Assembly (NCBI GenBank): GCA_964577645.1
Contig: CAZOAP010000001.1
Span: 1-62,693, forward strand
DNA: 62,693 bases
Direction: 5' to 3'
Source of the DNA: an uncultured Ignavibacteriales bacterium
GTDB lineage: Bacteria > Bacteroidota > Ignavibacteria > Tepidaquicellales > OLB5
The translations under genes were made by a program, and so were the position numbers. A model generated the notes under the pieces. That model did no database searches, was not told where the DNA came from, and saw only the letters and a program-made list of their open reading frames with translations. Positions within the stretch are counted from its first letter, which is position 1, and every line of letters begins with the position of its first letter. Below, one piece after another: positions 46,396-56,211 of this stretch.

Positions 46396-46602
46396 CTGTA
46401 TTATAATGCCATAACTGAATGATATGACACTTTTAAATAGTGTTACGGAGGTAGTTTGTAATCAGCTATTTCAAAGTTAAACTATGCAGTACTACCGATA
46501 AGTTCCCGCATATTAAAAATAAATATGTGGATAATTTGTAATTAAATGTAAATGATGCTTAAATGTTTTAAAACGCTATTTCACCATTCACAATTTCTCT
46601 GT

Positions 46603-47103
46603 TTAGGGGCAGCCTGTTCCGTTGCCGTTATCAACTACATCATGGCATAACGGACCCAGTATTGCAAGAAGCTCATTCTGTTCAGTTTGGGGAACCCCGA
46701 GTGTTGTCATTGAAGCGACAAGATCATTAACTAATGCAGTAAATTGAGCAACGGTAATACTCATTCCTCCATGAGCAGTTCTCATATCCCTACCCATGTA
46801 AAGGCACGGTCCGCCTGTTACCATACAAATCTGCTGATCAAGGTTTTGTCTTAATAATCTGTATCTTACACCTGTGGTATCTGCAAGTACCGGCGCAAAA
46901 AAGAAATTGATCTGGTTATCAGCAGCAACATTATTTATAAATACAGCTACTACCGTATCAATTGCAGTATTGCCGCCAAGACGGGTATAAAGTGATTGAG
47001 TTGTTGGGGTGTTATTGTTCATTGTATTGTCATCGCTGCAGCTTTGGAAGCTGATAACTGCCACTATAGCTATTGGCAGCAAAAAACTGATGAATTTTCG
47101 CAT
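46603..47103 (-). CDS. Group-1-like truncated hemoglobin with lipoprotein-type signal peptide
   Basis: MRKFISFLLPIAIVAVISFQSC (lipobox-like). It then has the trHb hallmarks LYTRLGG..AID.VV..F and the proximal-His context MRTAHGGMSIT..QF.ALV..L. Confidence 0.75.
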   Translation of the reverse strand: MRKFISFLLPIAIVAVISFQSCSDDNTMNNNTPTTQSLYTRLGGNTAIDTVVAVFINNVAADNQINFFFAPVLADTTGVRYRLLRQNLDQQICMVTGGPCLYMGRDMRTAHGGMSITVAQFTALVNDLVASMTTLGVPQTEQNELLAILGPLCHDVVDNGNGTGCP

Positions 47104-47225
47104 GTTATCTCCTTTAAAGATGGTTTTTGGTTAAAGTTTATTAGTAGATATGATCTGCCTTTAACCAATCATACGAAAACTATACGGTTTTGGATTTGTT
47201 TAAAAAAGACTTCAAATTAACAGTT

Positions 47226-47253
47226 TAAAAAAAACGGGTCAATTGACCCGTTT
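47226..47253 (-). terminator. Rho-independent terminator for the 89-aa gene
   Basis: The palindrome CGGGTC-aatt-GACCCG is flanked by an A-run on the plus strand, which gives a U-tract on the minus-strand transcript. Confidence 0.65.
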
Positions 47254-47293
47254 GTACTTACAAAATATTTATATTTCTTATGATCGTATCACT

Positions 47294-47321
47294 TTTCACG
47301 TTTCACGTTTGTCCTTTCACG
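47294..47321. repeat. Heptamer tandem repeat TTTCACG TTTCACG TTTGTCC TTTCACG
   Basis: Read directly. It ends 22 nt 3' of the stop codon of the minus-strand gene 47343..47612. Confidence 0.7.
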
Positions 47322-47342
47322 TCTCATATTTCTCTTTTCGAC

Positions 47343-47612
47343 CTATCTTCTGAACTTTCTCTTATAAGTTTCATGTGAACCCTTTGACCAGACAATTATT
47401 GCAACAACAATGTGTATCCAGAACCACGGGTTCTGCCAGCCCATGTTATCATAAATGTAAATTATCATAAGCAGCCTGGGAAGAAAAACGTAAAGCAATA
47501 TATCGCCTATGAACGGAATATTGTTATTCGGTATCTGGTGGCTGAAGTAAGCAATTGCAAGCGCAATTCTTGGAATGAATAATGTTACAACTAATATCCA
47601 GGTTTCTATCAT
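47343..47612 (-). CDS. Small membrane protein (89 aa, 3 TM)
   Basis: Three hydrophobic helices and a basic C-terminus. It has its own downstream terminator. Confidence 0.5.
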   Translation of the reverse strand: MIETWILVVTLFIPRIALAIAYFSHQIPNNNIPFIGDILLYVFLPRLLMIIYIYDNMGWQNPWFWIHIVVAIIVWSKGSHETYKRKFRR

Positions 47613-47756
47613 TATAGTATTTGGTTATTTATACAAATATAGCATATTCAAAAAAAAATTATAAGTAATATTTTTAGTAACTTTTATTTAAAGGTTATAT
47701 GTTTATATATAGTAATCTAATGTTGTTTTGAATAAATTAAACAAACTAAAGTATAT

Positions 47757-48992
47757 ATGAACATTTATGAACTTATTGCCGCATTAATAACATTAACTGC
47801 AATTCTTGCGTTCATTAATCAAAAATATATTAAGCTTCCATCTTCTATTGGATTATTACTATCATCAATGTTTATTTCGTTTATTATTTTGATCCTTAAT
47901 TATTATGGTTTTACTTTCTTAACAGAGATTTCAGCAGTAGTTAATTCTGTTGATTTCAATAATGTTCTAATGGGTGGAATGATCAGCTTTATGCTTTTTG
48001 CGGCAGCTATTCATATACCCCTAAAAGATCTTTTACCACAAAAAGGACCTATTTTAGTGTTTTCAACAATAGGGGTTATACTCTCAACGTTTATTATTGG
48101 AACGCTTATATTTTATTCCTTCCCGCTAATCGGATTTGAACTCCCTTATATAAACTGCCTGTTGTTCGGCGCGCTTATTTCGCCAACCGATCCTATTGCT
48201 GTATTAGGTATAATAAAGGAAACAAAGCTTCCCCGATCTCTTGAAATGAAAATATCCGGGGAGTCTCTCTTCAATGACGGTGTAGCCGTAGTTGTATTTG
48301 CATCATTATATCAAATAGCTGCTTTTTCCCCGGGTGAATTTAGTTTTTCAACGTCTGCATTGATGTTTCTAAGAGAAGCCCTTGGCGGTGTTCTATTCGG
48401 CGCGGCTATAGGTTATGCTGGTTACCTTATGTTAAAAAGGATCAATTCATATAAAGTTGAAGTACTTATAACCCTTGCTATTGTAATGTGTGGTTTTTCT
48501 ATTGCTCAATTTTTACATATTTCCGGTCCCCTTGCGATGGTTGCAGGTGGGCTGCTTGTTGGGAATTTAAGCAAAAAGGATGGTTGGTCTCAGCAAACAC
48601 AGGAATACCTGGAAAAATTCTGGGAATTGATCGATGAAATTTTAAATGCAGCATTATTTGTTTGGATAGGACTTGAGATTTTGATTATCCATCCTCCTGA
48701 AAATTTTATTATAATAAGTATTGTCATTATATTAGTTATTGTTATCAGCCGCTGGTTATCAATATTTATTCCATCATTCATTATTCCGTTTAAGGAAAAA
48801 ATTCCGCAAAAAACCGTTGCTGTAATGGTTTGGGCTGGTTTAAGAGGAGGTCTATCGCTTGCTATGGCGCTTTCCTTAAGCAGTAATATGAGCAGGGAGC
48901 TTTTTATTTATCTGACATATATAGTTGTGATATTTACTATTGTTATCCAGGGTTTGACACTAAAAAGATTTGTTTTAAAAGTGTTCAATTAA
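47757..48992 (+). CDS. CPA1-family Na+/H+ antiporter (NhaP-like)
   Basis: About 11-12 TM helices. ISPTDPIAV and ESLFNDGVAVV are typical of NhaP/NHE exchangers. Confidence 0.88.
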   Translation: MNIYELIAALITLTAILAFINQKYIKLPSSIGLLLSSMFISFIILILNYYGFTFLTEISAVVNSVDFNNVLMGGMISFMLFAAAIHIPLKDLLPQKGPILVFSTIGVILSTFIIGTLIFYSFPLIGFELPYINCLLFGALISPTDPIAVLGIIKETKLPRSLEMKISGESLFNDGVAVVVFASLYQIAAFSPGEFSFSTSALMFLREALGGVLFGAAIGYAGYLMLKRINSYKVEVLITLAIVMCGFSIAQFLHISGPLAMVAGGLLVGNLSKKDGWSQQTQEYLEKFWELIDEILNAALFVWIGLEILIIHPPENFIIISIVIILVIVISRWLSIFIPSFIIPFKEKIPQKTVAVMVWAGLRGGLSLAMALSLSSNMSRELFIYLTYIVVIFTIVIQGLTLKRFVLKVFN

Positions 48993-49216
48993 AATACAGA
49001 ATACTTATAACTTCAAAACTTGAATTCACAACTCACTGATAAACCAATTTATAATATGAATATTCGTGTTATTTAAATTGTTGTTTTTTGAGAATTATAT
49101 GTTTTATTTGTTCTATTTACCTTGTTATTTTCTGTGAAAATTTTACATTGTATGAGATTAAACACCCATTACAAACATAATAATTTAATTTTAATTACAT
49201 TCTAAGGAGATTTATT

Positions 49217-50476
49217 ATGGCAAAAATCAGGAACACTCCAAACCGCACAGAGTTTTATGAGACAGCAGTATCAATGGGTTTTTATGGTAATGAAGAAGCA
49301 AGTCTTTTCGGGAAAAAAGATAATGTAAGAAAGTTCTGGGAAGATATGGTTCTGAAAACATATTGCAGACCTTTTATTGAGGGTTTTCTGAAAAAGCACG
49401 CAACAATTACTATACTTGATCTAGGCTGCGGAAGCGGTGAAGGCATAGAACTACTAACCCATATTCCGCCCTCAAATCCAAAAGAAATGGTTAATAAAAA
49501 CTTCATTCTTCTGCCAATAAAGATCCGTGAATATTACGGACTTGATATAAGCCCTTCAATGATAACACAGGGCAGGGCTAATTACAGGGGTAAACAAAAT
49601 TTCAAATTTGAATACGCTAATCTCGAAGAAGGGTTACCGCCGGGAATCCTGAATCATGAACCATTTAATATTTATTTTTCATCCTATGGTGCACTTTCAC
49701 ATCTTGAGCCTGATACCCTGGAATCGCTTTTCAGACAGATCTTTTCACATGCTCAAAAAGATTCAGTTTTTATATTTGATGTTCACGGAAAATTTTCGCC
49801 GGAGTGGCCGGTACACTGGAAATCAGATAAAAAATTATTGCCTTACTCTATGGCATACCTATACAATAAAGAAAAAAGGAAAAAGAGTAAAATTGAATGG
49901 TTTAATATTTGTTACTGGAAACCCGCTGATCTGAAAATGAGAATTGAGCGGGCTGCAAAAGATGTTAACAGGGAAATAGAAATAAGTTATATGCATGATA
50001 GAAGCATCTTTGTTGGAAGACATATGGATACAGGGCTTTTAAGCCCGGTATCTTCACAGTTAAGATACCAGGTTAACAGGCTTATCGATCACGGTTACCG
50101 CGGTGAACCTAAACATCTGAAATTAAATATAGAATATCTTGAAAAATATGTACCCGATAATGCTGCCTTTTGGGATAAATTGGTATCATACAAAAATAGC
50201 TGGAACAGGGTTATATTTTTCCTTGAGGCTTTACTTAATCACAAGGATAAAAGGATCTCTTCTTTTATAGAAAGTGAAGAGATTGAAAATATGGAAGATG
50301 AGTTCAAGTTTCTTGCATGGTTATTCCGAAATTCAGATAGATTTCCTGTTGCAGATTTCTGGGCAAGTGTAATTGGTCCTCAGGTTGCAATGATACTTAG
50401 AAATATTGAAATGTCATATGAGGAAGCAGAAGGCATAGGTCATGGGCTGATGTGTGGTGTTAAAATAATAAAATAA
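49217..50476 (+). CDS. Class I SAM-dependent methyltransferase with a long uncharacterised C-terminal region
   Basis: Motif I ILDLGCGSGEG, an acidic residue after beta-2 (YYGLDIS), and a strong AAGGAG sequence 7 nt upstream of the ATG. Confidence 0.7.
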   Translation: MAKIRNTPNRTEFYETAVSMGFYGNEEASLFGKKDNVRKFWEDMVLKTYCRPFIEGFLKKHATITILDLGCGSGEGIELLTHIPPSNPKEMVNKNFILLPIKIREYYGLDISPSMITQGRANYRGKQNFKFEYANLEEGLPPGILNHEPFNIYFSSYGALSHLEPDTLESLFRQIFSHAQKDSVFIFDVHGKFSPEWPVHWKSDKKLLPYSMAYLYNKEKRKKSKIEWFNICYWKPADLKMRIERAAKDVNREIEISYMHDRSIFVGRHMDTGLLSPVSSQLRYQVNRLIDHGYRGEPKHLKLNIEYLEKYVPDNAAFWDKLVSYKNSWNRVIFFLEALLNHKDKRISSFIESEEIENMEDEFKFLAWLFRNSDRFPVADFWASVIGPQVAMILRNIEMSYEEAEGIGHGLMCGVKIIK

Positions 50477-50512
50477 TATTATTTTACCTTTTAAAACTAA
50501 TAAATACTGTTT

Positions 50513-51877
50513 ATGTACGGTCCGGCAAACAGCAACTTTCATAGATTTATTTCTAGGTTTCAGGAATATTTTGACCTGAAATCAGGTACCGATAAGGATA
50601 ATACTGTTACATCTATAAAAGATGCCATTCCTATGAGGGGGGCTAACTTATGGTACCTAATCTGTTCAGCTTTGCTTGCCTCGATAGGACTTGACGTAAA
50701 TTCACCTGCAATAATAATTGGAGCTATGCTTATTTCACCCCTTATGTCGCCGATTTTGGGAATTGGACTTGCATTCGGGATCCATGATAAAGAAACCATT
50801 CTTGTTTCTGTAAGAGAGTTCACAATTGCGGTAGTTTTAAGCATATTCACCAGTACTGTATATTTCCTTGTTTCACCTCTGGGCAGCCCTACAACAGAGA
50901 TCCTTTCAAGGACTAATCCAACTTTGCTGGATGTTGGTGTGGCTTTTTTTGGCGGTGTAGCGGGTATTGTAGCCGGTTCACGTTCAAAGGCAGCCAATGC
51001 AATTCCGGGTGTAGCAATAGCTACTGCATTAATGCCACCGATATGTTCTGCAGGATTTGGAATTGCCGGCGGGAATGCCCACATTTTTTTTGGCGCTATT
51101 TATCTATTCTTTATTAATGCTGTATTCATAAGCCTTTCTGTATATTTCATAGTCCGGTTTCTGAAGTTTCCTTATAAGGTCTATCCTAATTCAGCAACCA
51201 AAAAAAGAATGCGTTTTGTTGTTATGGCATTAATTTTACTTATCACAGTTCCAAGCATATATATATTCTATGGAATCATAATAGAAGCAAGGACGAACGC
51301 AAAGATCAATACTTTTATAAACAGAAAAGTTGCTTCGGATAAAACGAATGTACTTAGGTGGAATTCCATCAGAAAAGGCGACTCAACAACACTAAAGATA
51401 CTTCTAGCTGGTGAGCAGTTAGATTCACTTAAACTAGATTCATTGAGTACTCAATTAACTGCATTTGGCTTAAATGATATGAAATTAAGCATTATTCAAG
51501 TTGGAATAACAGATGAACACGACGGGGAAGAAACCCGTAACACAGTCATCGAAATAGCAGAACTTAGCAAAAGACTGGATGATTACATAAAAAGAACTGA
51601 GGAGCTGGAAGGTAAAATAAATTACTATACCCGAGATTCTGTTTTCTTTTCACAATCTGCAGCTGAATTAAAGAATAATTACCCGGAGATATTGAATATA
51701 AAGTTCGAAAAATCAATTGAAAAAAATTTCAGCGATTCATTAAAAGTAAGAGAAATTCCTGTATTTACAATTAATTGGAGCAAAAATATTTCAGCAAGAA
51801 ACCGGATAAATGCAATAGAAAAGATTGAAATATATTTAAAGGAAAAATTCAAGACCGATACAGTTGTAATAAAATAA
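50513..51877 (+). CDS. DUF389 family membrane protein with a C-terminal soluble extension
   Basis: MLISPLMSPILGIGLAF and ALMPPICSAGFGIA are duplicated DUF389 half-repeats. After a final TM helix there is a ~180-aa hydrophilic tail. Confidence 0.75.
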   Translation: MYGPANSNFHRFISRFQEYFDLKSGTDKDNTVTSIKDAIPMRGANLWYLICSALLASIGLDVNSPAIIIGAMLISPLMSPILGIGLAFGIHDKETILVSVREFTIAVVLSIFTSTVYFLVSPLGSPTTEILSRTNPTLLDVGVAFFGGVAGIVAGSRSKAANAIPGVAIATALMPPICSAGFGIAGGNAHIFFGAIYLFFINAVFISLSVYFIVRFLKFPYKVYPNSATKKRMRFVVMALILLITVPSIYIFYGIIIEARTNAKINTFINRKVASDKTNVLRWNSIRKGDSTTLKILLAGEQLDSLKLDSLSTQLTAFGLNDMKLSIIQVGITDEHDGEETRNTVIEIAELSKRLDDYIKRTEELEGKINYYTRDSVFFSQSAAELKNNYPEILNIKFEKSIEKNFSDSLKVREIPVFTINWSKNISARNRINAIEKIEIYLKEKFKTDTVVIK

Positions 51878-51906
51878 AAAGGTTTTGCAGTTAACAGTAA
51901 AACTAA

Positions 51907-52767
51907 TTAAGGTATATCTATGGCAATAACCGGAATATTAGTTAACCTGCATACTCCTTCTGCAATCCTGCTCCCCAAAATTCTGGATGCGCCTTTTTTT
52001 CTTTTTAGACCAATAGCTATCAGGTCTGCCTTTATCGCTTTTGCAAATTTTACAATTCCTTCATCTATTTCGTAACCCGCCCTTATATGCGGCACAAAAT
52101 TCCCTTTAAATCTTTTGTTAAATTTATTTATATCATTTTTCAATTCATCAAATGATTTGAAATTGTTTTTTGTATTTATTCTGAGTAAATGTATGACGGG
52201 ATTAAATTCTTTAACAACGTTATTCAAGACAGGATATACTTTATAACAATCTTTTTCAAACAATGATGCAAACACAATTTTTTTCAGATTATTCGGTCCC
52301 CTCCGTTCACGAATTATTATTACCGGAATTGAAGTCAGCCTCATTATGCGCTCGGTTTTAGATCCAATTAATGTTTTTTTGATTGATGAACTTCCGTTTG
52401 AGCCCATTATGATCAGATCTGCATTATTTTGTTCTGCAAATGATATTATATCGGAATAGATATTGCCGCCCTTTACAACCGTACTTTTGACTTGAACCAA
52501 TTTTAAAATATCCGTATTTTCTAAATACGATATTCTCTCTCTGTTTTCTTTCATCAATTCTGACACCATATTCCTGTGAGAGTTTAAAACCTGCGCTGAA
52601 GTTATGCCGGCATCCGGATATGCAAAAAAATAATTCAATCCGGGTATAATATTAACCAAATGTATTTTTGAATTGTGTTTTTTGGCTATGAATGCCGCAT
52701 ATCTTAATGCTTCTATTGATGATTGAGAAAAATCAACAGGAACAATAATATTTTTTATTTTTTTCAT
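51907..52767 (-). CDS. Tandem universal stress protein (two UspA domains)
   Basis: NIIVPVDFSQSS..AL.YA and DLIIMGSNGSS in the first half. KIVFAS...ADLIAIG...ASRILGS in the second half. Confidence 0.85.
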   Translation of the reverse strand: MKKIKNIIVPVDFSQSSIEALRYAAFIAKKHNSKIHLVNIIPGLNYFFAYPDAGITSAQVLNSHRNMVSELMKENRERISYLENTDILKLVQVKSTVVKGGNIYSDIISFAEQNNADLIIMGSNGSSSIKKTLIGSKTERIMRLTSIPVIIIRERRGPNNLKKIVFASLFEKDCYKVYPVLNNVVKEFNPVIHLLRINTKNNFKSFDELKNDINKFNKRFKGNFVPHIRAGYEIDEGIVKFAKAIKADLIAIGLKRKKGASRILGSRIAEGVCRLTNIPVIAIDIP

Positions 52768-52895
52768 AAGTTAATCACGGTTTGTATTTTACAAACTTAA
52801 TAATAAAAGGAACATATTACTAAAGCATAATTTAATCTTTATAATTTTTTATATTGAGGATTAAATTTTGCTCTTAATCAGAAAAGGACACCAAT

Positions 52896-53981
52896 ATGAA
52901 CAAACAAATCTTAAAAGATCTTAAAAACAAAGAAACATTTCCCTGTGTTTCAATATTAATGCCAACACACCGGAGCTTTCCTGAAAATCAGCAGGATAAG
53001 ATAAGACTGAAAAACCTTGTAAATACAGCGCAGCATAGGCTCAAAGAAGCATCAGGAAAAAGTGATATTTCAGGTATTCTGCAAAAACTTAATGAACTTA
53101 CTGAAACTATAGATTACAATAACCTTCTTGATGGTCTGGCTGTATTCATAAGCAGAGATCATGATCTTAAATTCAATTTCGGTTTCCCTGTTGAAGAACG
53201 GGTAATAATTGATAAGACATTTGCGACGAGAGATCTTGTATTTGGTCTGAATCGTTCGCAGCCTTACTTTGCATTAATAATCGATGAAAAAAATACCCGG
53301 TTCTATTCAGGAGTCAGAGAAAATCTTTTTGAAATTAATCATCCCGAACTTCCTTTAAAGAATTTTGTACACGATATTAAATCAGGTGAAATAGCTGATA
53401 CTTCTTTTAATGACAGGATACACGAAAATGAAGAAAGATTAAAAAATTATCTGCGCGAAGTGGATTTATTGCTGATTGAAATAAGCGGTTCAGAAAATAT
53501 ACCGTACATAATTGCTGGTACCCAAAAGCAAATCGCTCTTTTTAAGGAGATCTCAAAGTCTAAATCCGCCGTACTGGGTGAGCTTACAGGTAACTATGGA
53601 AATTCATCACGCGATGAATTGGCTAAGCTTATCTGGCCAATCGCCAAAAACGGATTTGCCGGGATAAGAGCTGATATCCTGAAAGAAGTTGAAAAAGCTG
53701 CAGGCGCAAAAAAATTGGCAGCCGGAATTGATGAAGTATGGAAACTGGCAAAAGAAGGAAGAGGATTAACTTTACTTACGGAAATAAATTTTTCAATGAT
53801 TGGAACAATTACAGATGAGGGTTTTGTGCCTGGAGGTCAAGCTGCAGCCGGCGATGTGCACACTGATGACGCCGTTGACGAAATTATTGAGAATGTTGTT
53901 TCAAAAGGAGGCCAGGTAGTTTTTTTTGAAAACGGAAAACTGGATCATTATGGCAAAATAGCCATGATCTTAAGATATTAG
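52896..53981 (+). CDS. eRF1/Pelota-like protein of the bacterial baeRF type (tentative)
   Basis: The N-terminus FPCVSILMPTHRSFPENQQDKIRLKNLVNTAQHRLKE and the C-terminus DDAVDEIIENVVSKGGQVVFFENGKLDHYGKIAMILRY match my recollection of bacterial archaeo-eukaryotic release-factor-like families. Not verified by search. Confidence 0.5.
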   Translation: MNKQILKDLKNKETFPCVSILMPTHRSFPENQQDKIRLKNLVNTAQHRLKEASGKSDISGILQKLNELTETIDYNNLLDGLAVFISRDHDLKFNFGFPVEERVIIDKTFATRDLVFGLNRSQPYFALIIDEKNTRFYSGVRENLFEINHPELPLKNFVHDIKSGEIADTSFNDRIHENEERLKNYLREVDLLLIEISGSENIPYIIAGTQKQIALFKEISKSKSAVLGELTGNYGNSSRDELAKLIWPIAKNGFAGIRADILKEVEKAAGAKKLAAGIDEVWKLAKEGRGLTLLTEINFSMIGTITDEGFVPGGQAAAGDVHTDDAVDEIIENVVSKGGQVVFFENGKLDHYGKIAMILRY

Positions 53982-53996
53982 ACAGGAGGAACATTT

Positions 53997-55556
53997 ATGA
54001 GTAAGTTAAACCTGGATCAATTTGAGAAAAAACTTAAGTTAAGACTTCTGGAAATGAAAGATTATGAGGCTATTACCGTTCTTCAGAAAAAATGTTTCCC
54101 TAAAATGAAACCCTGGTCAATGGAGCAGTTCAAAAGCCTGATATCAATATTCCCGGAAGGACAGGTATGCGTTGAATATAAAGGTATAATCATTGCTTCA
54201 TCCTCCAGTCTAATATTGAATTTTGATGAATATTCAACAACTCACAACTGGAATGAAATTACCAATGGAGGTTTCATAACCAACCATGACGCCAATGGGG
54301 ATACTCTCTATGGAATTGAGATCATGACATCCCCTGATTTCAGGGGTCTTAAGCTTTCCAGAAGGCTGTATAATGAAAGAAAAAAGATTGCGCGAAATTT
54401 TAATTTGAAGAGAATTGTAATTGGCGGAAGAATTCCCGGATATGCAAGGTATGCTTCTAAAATGAACGCCAGAGAGTATGTTGATAAAGTAATTTCAAAA
54501 GAACTGGTTGATCCTGTATTGACACCTCAAATCTCCAATAATTTTGCTTTGATCAGACTGATTCCGGATTACCTGCCAACCGATAAAGAATCAATGGGAT
54601 ATGCAACTTATCTTGAGTGGACAAATATTGATTACGATCCAAATTCTTCCAGGTCTTTCAGTAATAAACCCGAATATGTAAGAGTCTGTGCCATACAGTA
54701 TCTTATGCGGCAATTAAAGGATTTTAAAGATTTTGCGAAGTACTGTGAATATTTTATTGATGTTGCATCTGATTACAGGTGCGATTTCATTTTATTCCCC
54801 GAAATGTTCACAACCCAGCTGCTTACATTTATGAAACCTGAAAGACCCGGGGTAGCAATGAGAAAACTTTCCGATTACACTCCTAAATATCTACAGGTAT
54901 TTACAAAGCTGGCTATTAAGTATAATATTAATATTATCGGAGGCTCGCATTTCACACTTGAAGAAAATGATCTTTACAACATTTCTTATCTTTTCAGACG
55001 CGACGGGACCATTGGAAAACAATACAAAATACATATAACACCAAGTGAACGTAAATGGTGGGGGGTAAAGCCCGGAAACAAAGTTGAGGTCTTTGAAACA
55101 GATAAAGGTAAGATCGCAATATTGATATGTTATGACATTGAATTTCCGGAACTATCCAGAATAGCTGTTGAAAAGGGAGCTAACATAATTTTTGTCCCTT
55201 TTAATACAGATGAAAGATCGGCTTACTTAAGGGTAAGGTATTGCGCGCACGCAAGGTGTGTTGAAAACCAGATATATACAGTTATTGCAGGATGTGTTGG
55301 AAATATCCCGGCGGTTGAAAATCTTGATATTCATTACGCTCAGTCTGCTATTTTAACACCATCCGATATTCCGTTTGAACGTGACGGGATAGCAGCAGAA
55401 TGTTCACCAAATATAGAAACACTAATATTCCATGATCTTGATATAAACCTGATTAAACGTCAGCAAAAACTTGGAAGTGTTTTAAACTGGCAGGATAGAA
55501 GAAAAGATCTGTATTCTATTCATTTTAAAGAGGATGAAAAAGATCTGGAAATGTGA
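53997..55556 (+). CDS. Bifunctional GNAT N-acetyltransferase / carbon-nitrogen hydrolase (nitrilase superfamily) fusion
   Basis: The N-terminal GNAT core reads YGIEIMTSPDFRGLKLSRRLYNERKKIA. The C-terminal nitrilase Glu-Lys-Cys contexts are FPEMFTT, ...K..I and ICYDIEFPE. It starts 15 nt after the upstream gene. Confidence 0.85.
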   Translation: MSKLNLDQFEKKLKLRLLEMKDYEAITVLQKKCFPKMKPWSMEQFKSLISIFPEGQVCVEYKGIIIASSSSLILNFDEYSTTHNWNEITNGGFITNHDANGDTLYGIEIMTSPDFRGLKLSRRLYNERKKIARNFNLKRIVIGGRIPGYARYASKMNAREYVDKVISKELVDPVLTPQISNNFALIRLIPDYLPTDKESMGYATYLEWTNIDYDPNSSRSFSNKPEYVRVCAIQYLMRQLKDFKDFAKYCEYFIDVASDYRCDFILFPEMFTTQLLTFMKPERPGVAMRKLSDYTPKYLQVFTKLAIKYNINIIGGSHFTLEENDLYNISYLFRRDGTIGKQYKIHITPSERKWWGVKPGNKVEVFETDKGKIAILICYDIEFPELSRIAVEKGANIIFVPFNTDERSAYLRVRYCAHARCVENQIYTVIAGCVGNIPAVENLDIHYAQSAILTPSDIPFERDGIAAECSPNIETLIFHDLDINLIKRQQKLGSVLNWQDRRKDLYSIHFKEDEKDLEM

Positions 55557-55633
55557 CCGAACGTGTTTTTGCATCCTCCTACATAAGTTTAGTGCGGCTG
55601 AAATGAATTTTACTCAGCCGCATTAAACTTTTT

Positions 55634-56137
55634 TTAATTCCTGGTAAATCGTTCAATTATTCCCTTATACTTCGGAAACAACTTCAAAAGCTCATCACGT
55701 TCTGCTAACTCAAAATCATCAAAATGGAATCCCGGTGCGACTGTGCAGCCAACAAGCGAGAATGAATCCGAAATATTGACTTTTGCCCCAAACCAAACTC
55801 CGTTTGGAATAACACACTGCAAAACTTCACCGTTTTCAATATTTCTTCCAAGAGCAATTTCGCTGTAATTACCGGCGCTGTCTATCATGTAAATTGTTAC
55901 AGGCGAGCCCTCATAAAAATGCCAGAGTTCATCGCTTTTTATTCTGTGTAGTGCGCTGAATGTATCGCTTGTCAATAAAAAATAAATTGAAGTTGAGTGA
56001 TGCCTTGAACCTGAAAATCTTTCAGGTAAATGTTCTCCCCGAATTTCCTCAGCTGACCTGTATACTTCCTTAAACCAGCCTCCTTCAGGATGCTTTTCAA
56101 GTCCCAGTGTTTTGATATAAAAATCTTCGTTTTTCAT
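55634..56137 (-). CDS. Cupin superfamily protein (DUF985)
   Basis: LGLEKHPEGGWFKEVYRS and IYFLL....S.LHRIKSDELWHFY.G are hallmarks of DUF985 cupins. Confidence 0.85.
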   Translation of the reverse strand: MKNEDFYIKTLGLEKHPEGGWFKEVYRSAEEIRGEHLPERFSGSRHHSTSIYFLLTSDTFSALHRIKSDELWHFYEGSPVTIYMIDSAGNYSEIALGRNIENGEVLQCVIPNGVWFGAKVNISDSFSLVGCTVAPGFHFDDFELAERDELLKLFPKYKGIIERFTRN

Positions 56138-56211
56138 TATACTTTGATTTAAATCCCCTTTTGGTATATGTGACTCGTTAGAACCTGGATCTGTAATAAA
56201 TGAATTTTCAT

